DNA of 63,595 nt, counting the filler, from a bacterium (GTDB lineage Bacteria; UBA9089; CG2-30-40-21; SBAY01): the NCBI GenBank assembly GCA_040757115.1. It is 6 parts of 6 records of this genome, joined end to end, with 100 filler letters (N's around TTAATTAATTAA, not from the genome) between each part and the next. Parts side by side here need not be neighbours in the genome. Positions count along the whole stretch, not along the records: positions 57,094 to 63,595 come from JBFLYA010000212.1; 5 more parts are not named here. One strand, given 5' to 3'. Made by a program: the position numbers and the translations under genes. The notes under the pieces are model-generated. The model saw nothing but the letters and a program-made list of their open reading frames with translations, was not told the origin of the DNA and did not search any database. Positions within the stretch are counted from its first letter, which is position 1. Each line of letters starts with the position of its first letter. Shown here piece after piece: positions 60,296-63,595 of this stretch.

Positions 60296-60745
60296 ATGGT
60301 AAAAAGGATAATAATAAGTATAATAATAATTATAGTAATAGGCTGTGGTAGGACTCAAGAGATAAAGACTAAAGAACTTATTAAAAAGTTCAATGGAATG
60401 AGTTTTCAATTGAGTATTCCACAGAGGACTTATTATAGGGATATTAAAGATAAACCCTCAATAGAGTTTAATCTTGACATCGTCAGTGACAATATCGCCA
60501 TTAGACTATTTGAAGGAGAAGATACAAATGGTCGATTAATTACTGATGCAGTCGTTATTCTACGAATAACCGTGGAAGGAATTAAAGGATACAATGAGGA
60601 AATATTAGTTTGTCGTGATGGAATCTATAAAGCCCACCCCCCATGGTTAAGTGGTAGTATGACGCAAAATCTTGAAATACTCGTTCAATACAAAGGAAAA
60701 CAAACTTCTGTGATGAAAGCCAAAGTTCTACTTGTAAAGGGATAA
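60296..60745 (+). CDS. Hypothetical lipoprotein (cassette-borne)
   Basis: VIGC lipobox after a hydrophobic stretch. Confidence 0.7.
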   Translation: MVKRIIISIIIIIVIGCGRTQEIKTKELIKKFNGMSFQLSIPQRTYYRDIKDKPSIEFNLDIVSDNIAIRLFEGEDTNGRLITDAVVILRITVEGIKGYNEEILVCRDGIYKAHPPWLSGSMTQNLEILVQYKGKQTSVMKAKVLLVKG

Positions 60746-60764
60746 AAATTAAATAGGAGTAAAA

Positions 60765-61304
60765 ATGAAAAATGACGAAGCAAAAAGTCTCATCGGGTGC
60801 TGTGGAATATATTGCGGGTTATGCAACAAGTACCAATCAAAAGCACCAAGCAGATGTATTGGTTGCAAATTGGGTGAACAACATTCATGGTGCAATATTT
60901 GGAACTGCTGTGTAACGAAGCGTGGATTTGAGACTTGTACCGAATGTAGTGAAATATTTAGTTGTGAAATTTTCCAAAGAAGAAAAGTTACAGAATGGAT
61001 TCCAGCCGCTGATAATTTACGCCAAATTAAAGAAGTCGGTTTAGAACATTGGTTACAAGAACAAAAAGAAAGACAAAGATTAGTAGAAGAGTTACTACAG
61101 AATTATAATGAAGGCCGATCAATGAATTTTTACTGTAAAGTCTGTGAAAGGATGTCGCTTGAGTTGATTAACAAGGCAATAAAAGAAGCGAAAGAAAAAC
61201 TTGTAAGAGAAAAAGTAGATAAATCTGATATAAAATCAAAAGCAAAAGTTTTGAAAGGAATAATGAAAGATTTGGCACTAAAGGCTAATGTTAGTTTGAA
61301 TTGA
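60765..61304 (+). CDS. DUF3795 Cys-rich protein
   Basis: CCGIYCGLC, CIGC, CxIWNCC, TCTEC. Confidence 0.8.
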   Translation: MKNDEAKSLIGCCGIYCGLCNKYQSKAPSRCIGCKLGEQHSWCNIWNCCVTKRGFETCTECSEIFSCEIFQRRKVTEWIPAADNLRQIKEVGLEHWLQEQKERQRLVEELLQNYNEGRSMNFYCKVCERMSLELINKAIKEAKEKLVREKVDKSDIKSKAKVLKGIMKDLALKANVSLN

Positions 61305-61318
61305 AAGATTATTTTGTT

Positions 61319-61378
61319 GTCTAACAACTCGCTGCAGCCGACCTCGCTTTGCTCGGCGGCTGAGCTTGGTCGTTAGAC
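61319..61378 (+). other. Integron attC site
   Basis: GTCTAAC...CAGCCGACC-TCGCTTTGCTC-GGCGGCTG...GTTAGAC. Confidence 0.88.
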
Positions 61379-61604
61379 AGGCCGGGCAGACAAGAAGGAG
61401 TAAGGAGGAGTTATTCCTGGTGGAAGTTTCGGTGAGAATATTTGCTCCTTTAGTGGTCTATACCATGCCTACGAGATTGATGCTTTCTTGAAAGAGTTGC
61501 TTATCCATTAGAAGCAACAGGGGGAAGCTAAGAAAGTCTACTGAAAGGTGATAGTTAGGTAAGATAGAGGAAGCAAGAAGAAACAGACGGCGAAGTGCAG
61601 CTTT

Positions 61605-61735
61605 TTCTAACCATTCGCTGCACCTGACTGCGGGGGCTGTGCCGTAATTAGAGTTTTGTGGTATCTCAAGCTTTTATCTTGTTTACAAAGTTTGGTGGTA
61701 ATCCGCCCCGCAGCAGGTGAGCTCTATCGTTAGAC
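61605..61735 (+). other. Long integron attC site
   Basis: TTCTAAC...GTTAGAC; similar to 12966-13098. Confidence 0.85.
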
Positions 61736-62287
61736 TAAAAGAGATTAAACCACGAAGGACACGAAATAAAATTTGATGAAATATCTAATAAAGTTAGCAA
61801 ATATTAAATATGCTATTATATAATCATAAGGGATTAGGAATTAAATCCCCCTTTCAATTGTAGATAGGAATCAAAAAAAAGAGATATCGCTATATCTTAT
61901 TGAAAATCAGATGGTTGTGCTAAATTTTTGCCTTTAAATAGAGGGGAAGTTCCGTTAAAAAGTGGGGGTGAAAGAAAGGTTCGAGGTGTGTGAAGGCTAA
62001 TAAACCTGTGCTGGTCCTGAACTTGATTCAGGATAGGTTAGGAATCAACCCTCAATTTTATCCGAAAGCGTTGTTTTTATAGATAGCAGGTGAGATTTAG
62101 CGTGCTTTTTTTGTGCCTGATTAGAAAGTCTGATGGGCTAAGTTTATCCTTATTCACCATCCCATAAAAAGGTGCGAAATAGAAGAAATTTATCGAATAA
62201 TTACAAAAATATTATTCGTTTATATATCGGTGGAAGTGAGTTGATTTTTAAAGAATCAAATAATCTTTGAGAAAGGAGGACAAAGAG

Positions 62288-63109
62288 ATGTTATTTTTAT
62301 CAAGGAAGACAAATAGGTTATTGGTGATAAGCGTGTTGGCTGTAGTGTTTTTAAGTTGTGGTTTGATGAGGGAAACGGCTGCCTATACTTTATTTAGTGA
62401 CGATTTCGAATCAGGCTTGGATTTAGCAACAAAATGGAAAACAGAAACCATTGCAGGTGCGACTTGGGTATTAGCAGGAGATGCGAGCAATAAATTTATT
62501 ACCGCTCAACCACACATGGGAGCTGGGGATCGACATCTGGACATCGTTACCCAAAAAAACGATTTTTCAGACTTCACCTTCAACTGGAGTATGCAATTTA
62601 AGAACCAGGGTTGGCATGTAGACATCCGGCACGTATGCTTTCGCTGTGGCGATCTTTCTCCTATAGAGGCTCATTCCGGCTATTATCTTATCATTCAAGC
62701 CCAGAATGTTTTTACTAATCATTCTCACATCAGACTTATGAATTACCGACAAACAGGTCCCAATTACAATTTAGTCAGTATGGATCTTGGGCCAAATTAT
62801 TTTGAGCTCTCAAAGTGGTATAACTTTGAGTTGGAAGCAATAGGGAATAGTTTCAATCTAAAAACATGGGAGCAAGGGAGTCCCTATCCGAATAATTGGC
62901 TATTCACGGCTGTGGATACAAGCAGTACCCCATTTAATAGTGGTAGAATTGGATTTGGCGATTATTGGGGAGGAATTACCTATGTAGACAATGTAAGAGT
63001 AGATTCTCCGATTCCTGAGCCAGCAACGGTATTACTATTCACTTGTGCAATAGTAGGTTTGGGAGTTTGGAGAAGAAAAATTCGTGTCGAACCCAAGTTC
63101 ATGATCTAA
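62288..63109 (+). CDS. PEP-CTERM sorting domain protein
   Basis: Signal peptide; FSDDFE; IPEPAT + TM helix + RRK. Confidence 0.88.
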   Translation: MLFLSRKTNRLLVISVLAVVFLSCGLMRETAAYTLFSDDFESGLDLATKWKTETIAGATWVLAGDASNKFITAQPHMGAGDRHLDIVTQKNDFSDFTFNWSMQFKNQGWHVDIRHVCFRCGDLSPIEAHSGYYLIIQAQNVFTNHSHIRLMNYRQTGPNYNLVSMDLGPNYFELSKWYNFELEAIGNSFNLKTWEQGSPYPNNWLFTAVDTSSTPFNSGRIGFGDYWGGITYVDNVRVDSPIPEPATVLLFTCAIVGLGVWRRKIRVEPKFMI

Positions 63110-63368
63110 AAAATAAGTTGTGTGTTATCAATAAGTTACAGATTAGGGGGAGATGAGGGTCAACCTTGAGTGAGTGTTGACAAGAGGTATAGATTTAGGT
63201 ATGAGTTATTTCTTTGGATAACAAGGAGTTAGAGACACAAGATAAAGAAGCAACTTTGAGGTCAATTAAAAAAAATTAAAGGAGATATGAGGGTCAGACC
63301 GTGAATGTGGAATGCACAATAATTCGGTGAGGCAGAGGAAAAGGAAAAGACAGCGAATCAAAGCTTTT

Positions 63369-63500
63369 GTCTAACCCTGCGTTGCAGTTGACGGCGGGGG
63401 ACTGTGCCGTGGTCAGAGTTTTGTGGTCTCTCAAAGTTTTATCTTGCTATTAAACTTTTGTGGTAATTCTCCCCGCCGCACCTGAACTTTATCGTTAGGT
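63369..63500 (+). other. Long integron attC site
   Basis: Nearly identical to 60113-60244. Confidence 0.85.
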
Positions 63501-63536
63501 GTATAACTGACATACGAGGAGAGGGTAAATTATACA

Positions 63537-63595
63537 ATGCCAACAATTAAAAATATCCCAGGTCCTTATCGGTTTTTCTTTTATAGCTTCGATTG
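63537..63595 (+). CDS. DUF4160-like protein, partial
   Basis: MPTIKNIPGPYRFFFYSFD at the window end, following attC. Confidence 0.6.
   Translation, partial: MPTIKNIPGPYRFFFYSFD

Overview
Low-GC bacterial draft-genome sequence, probably a diderm (Mla transporter, LpxL-like acyltransferase, PEP-CTERM protein). Six contigs are joined by 100-nt N/TTAATTAATTAA linkers (6620-6719, 13315-13414, 43651-43750, 50341-50440, 56994-57093), so adjacency across those joins is not real. The housekeeping backbone includes valS, nadC (partial), queC, guaA, carB, tRNA-Gly, ychF, rpsF-ssb-rpsR, rplI-dnaB-mlaEFD, manC and ribE. Accessory content: two integrase-less integron cassette arrays plus a solo site (10 attC sites), an Rhs toxin/orphan-immunity array, an IS110/IS1111 element with a candidate guide RNA, three paralogous pilin-like secreted proteins and a 6xGAF-HD-GYP protein. 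The dominant unexplained structure is a dense population of nested ('Russian-doll') miniature elements. At least seven terminal-inverted-repeat shells, several with clear target-site duplications, enclose inverted arrays of 7-9-nt repeats. In fuller copies these arrays flank a four-helix-bundle gene or GxxExxY nuclease remnants. The same kind of heptamer array occurs in frame inside valS, queC and carB. Family names come from motif recognition by eye; no database search was run.
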